Shown piece after piece: positions 62,129 to 64,000 of a DNA stretch of 64,000 bases. Position numbers and translations under genes: made by a program. The stretch lies in contig CAWDVE010000021.1 of NCBI GenBank assembly GCA_963805625.1, forward strand, positions 288,001 to 352,000, written 5' to 3'. Each line of letters opens with the position of its first letter. Position 1 is the first letter of the stretch. The notes under the pieces are model-generated. The model was not told the origin of the DNA. It did no database searches and was given only the letters and a program-made list of their open reading frames with translations. The stretch is from an uncultured Candidatus Rokubacteria bacterium (GTDB lineage: Bacteria > Methylomirabilota > Methylomirabilia > Rokubacteriales > DASRDR01).

Positions 62129-62805
62129 CCACGGCCGTCTCGTCTCGATCGACGGTGCTCGAGGACCGGACGGGATGGGCGCCACGCTTCGCGGCCGCGG
62201 GAGCCATCGCCGTCGCCCTGATCATCTTGGCCTTGCACGCGATCAAGCCCGAATTCGAGCCATCCTGGCGTTTCATCAGTGAGTACGCGATCGGCCGCCA
62301 TGGCTGGACCATGAGACTCGCCTTCCTGATCTGGGCCGCCGGTTGCGCGGCGCTGGCGCTCGGCCTGCGGCCGGAGATCAGGGGGCGTCGCGGCAGGACT
62401 GGCATCGTCATTCTGCGGACGACCGCCATCGCCCTCGTTGCCGCCGGCCTGTTCCTCCAAGACCCGGTCACGGCAACGCCGGAGGAAGCCTCGACGAGCG
62501 GCATGCTTCACGCAATCGCGTCGCTGGTCGGCATCCCGGGCATCCCGTTGGCCGCGATGCTTCTCAGCTCCAGCCTGTGGCGATCGAGCCCGAAATGGGC
62601 GCGCCATCGCCTTGCCCTCATGGGACTCGCCCATGCCACCTGGATCAGTCTCGCGCTGATGGCGGTCTATCTCGCGTGGGCCGTGCCGCGGGCCGGAGGC
62701 TTCACGCCCGACGTCTGGGCCGGCTGGATGAACCGGCTCGTGGTAGCCACCTATCTGGCCTGGCAGCTGGGGATCGCCTATCGCCTCATCGCTCGAGATC
62801 GGTGA
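62125..62805 (+). CDS. DUF998-family membrane protein
   Basis: ISEYAIG..GW, F.QDP, GMLH, G..NRL; multiple TM helices. Confidence 0.82.
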   Translation: MTTAVSSRSTVLEDRTGWAPRFAAAGAIAVALIILALHAIKPEFEPSWRFISEYAIGRHGWTMRLAFLIWAAGCAALALGLRPEIRGRRGRTGIVILRTTAIALVAAGLFLQDPVTATPEEASTSGMLHAIASLVGIPGIPLAAMLLSSSLWRSSPKWARHRLALMGLAHATWISLALMAVYLAWAVPRAGGFTPDVWAGWMNRLVVATYLAWQLGIAYRLIARDR

Positions 62806-63202
62806 GGCAGCGGGCGGGGCCATGATTCCGTTTCTCGTCGGAGTGGAAGCGATGGAATCGTGGCAAGGAGCCACTAGTGTCCGGAGTCCGAGATCCGATG
62901 ACAAGAGCGAGCGACACTCGCTAGGATCTCGTCGGGCTCGCTGAGGAATTCGTCGCGTGCTTCCGGGACCAGGCGGCGCGCAAGCCGCAGAGCCCGGCGG
63001 CGAAACTCGTCGGCCGAGGCTTCGCCGCCAGAGTCGCCGTCAACCCACTGGACCGCTGACGATGTTCGGAGACCGCTGGCGCGGCTGCCCATCGGCTGTA
63101 GTGTCGCCGCGCCCGGGTGAAGCGGACTATGGCCGAGCCGACCGATGGTCTATCCAGCGCCAGGTCTCACCGGGCGCGTTCGTTACTTCGTGGGGCGTTC
63201 GC

Positions 63203-63892
63203 TCACCGCAAGCCTGGCGTAGCGGGATGGGGCGGCGGGGAGAGACCTTCCTCCGGCAGGATCACCACATCGTCACCCTCGAGGCGGAGGGCCCCCTCCA
63301 CGAAGTAGCGCCGCCGCCAGCCGACCCGGCGGTAACCGACGACGCCCAGGTGAAACCAACCCACGGCGGCGGCCCACGCGACGCTCGTGCGGTTCCACGA
63401 CGCGATGAGGCCGACCAGTCGCCGCGCGCCGTGACCGCGCACGCTGTCGAGCTTGGCTTGCAGGAGCATCGTTCCGGCGCCTGCGCGCCGGTGGCCCGGG
63501 AGCGTCCGGGCCTCGATTGTGATGACGTCGCCGGGAGCGCCGCGGAATCGGCGCCCGAGATACGGCAGGTACGCCGCTCCGGCCGCGTCCCACCGGTACG
63601 CCGCGACCTCTGGTCCGATCCAGCACACGAGGCACACCTGCTGCTCGCGCCATCGTCGCCGCACCCCCCGTATTGACATCGCCGGGCAGGCTTGCACGAA
63701 CGCGATCAGGTCCTTCTCCTGCAGGACGTCGTAGCGCGCCGCCGGAAGCGCCGCGACGTCTAGGCGCGCATCAATCGCACCGGCGACGACGTGGAACTCC
63801 CGCGCGAGGAGCCAGCGGGGCGCCATCCGCAGACTCCGGCGCAGGCCGAGGTCCCGGACAATGTCGCGAGTGTGGGTCAGACCGGCCCGCAA
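63203..63892 (-). CDS. GNAT-like acetyltransferase
   Basis: TLPGHRRAGAG acetyl-CoA motif, N..S. Start uncertain. Confidence 0.6.
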   Translation of the reverse strand: MRAGLTHTRDIVRDLGLRRSLRMAPRWLLAREFHVVAGAIDARLDVAALPAARYDVLQEKDLIAFVQACPAMSIRGVRRRWREQQVCLVCWIGPEVAAYRWDAAGAAYLPYLGRRFRGAPGDVITIEARTLPGHRRAGAGTMLLQAKLDSVRGHGARRLVGLIASWNRTSVAWAAAVGWFHLGVVGYRRVGWRRRYFVEGALRLEGDDVVILPEEGLSPPPHPATPGLR

Positions 63893-64000
63893 GAACAGTC
63901 CCGCCAGCTACGGATCTGGACGGCCACGCCTCGCCGCAGACGCTCTACCCGGACACAGACCGACTTCAACGAGCTTGCCCTCGTCGCAAGGCCTTGCTCC

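Larger units (their letters stand above)
31264..64000. mobile_element. Mosaic accessory island downstream of tRNA-Leu (right boundary not determined)
   Basis: Core genes stop, GC content drops locally, many recombinase/transposase/gene fragments. No tRNA 3' duplicate (attR) found by eye. Confidence 0.6.

Overview
High-GC bacterial DNA whose gene content suggests an uncultured soil lineage such as Rokubacteria/Methylomirabilota (inference only). The window has two parts. (1) 1-29.6 kb is core chromosome, almost all on the minus strand: yejAB, secG, tpiA-pgk-gap, comF, dksA-like, rsfS, nadD, proAB, obgE, rpmA-rplU, a TetR + ECF sigma pair, and an 11-subunit complex I operon (nuoABCDHIJKLMN, no nuoEFG, with a NIPSNAP gene inserted). 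It ends at divergent tRNA-Ala(GGC) and tRNA-Leu(CAA) genes separated by an intact 1438-bp IS with a 5-bp target duplication. (2) Downstream of tRNA-Leu is a mosaic accessory island full of gene fragments. It carries PEP-CTERM and FG-GAP-like-repeat secreted proteins with sigma-54-type promoters, a stand-alone primase-helicase flanked by iteron-like arrays, a sugar ABC importer and TetR modules. The strongest novelty candidates are: a DUF411 gene with an in-frame TGA at a conserved Cys followed by a SECIS-like hairpin (candidate selenoprotein); a PqqD/RRE-twin-arginine-14-Cys precursor clustered with a MauE-double-thioredoxin fusion, an HPr-kinase-like enzyme and a nucleotidyltransferase (candidate RiPP or disulfide-rich exported peptide system); and a 79-aa peptide with five codon-diversified RSDLAA repeats. 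All family assignments come from motif recognition by eye; no database search was run.
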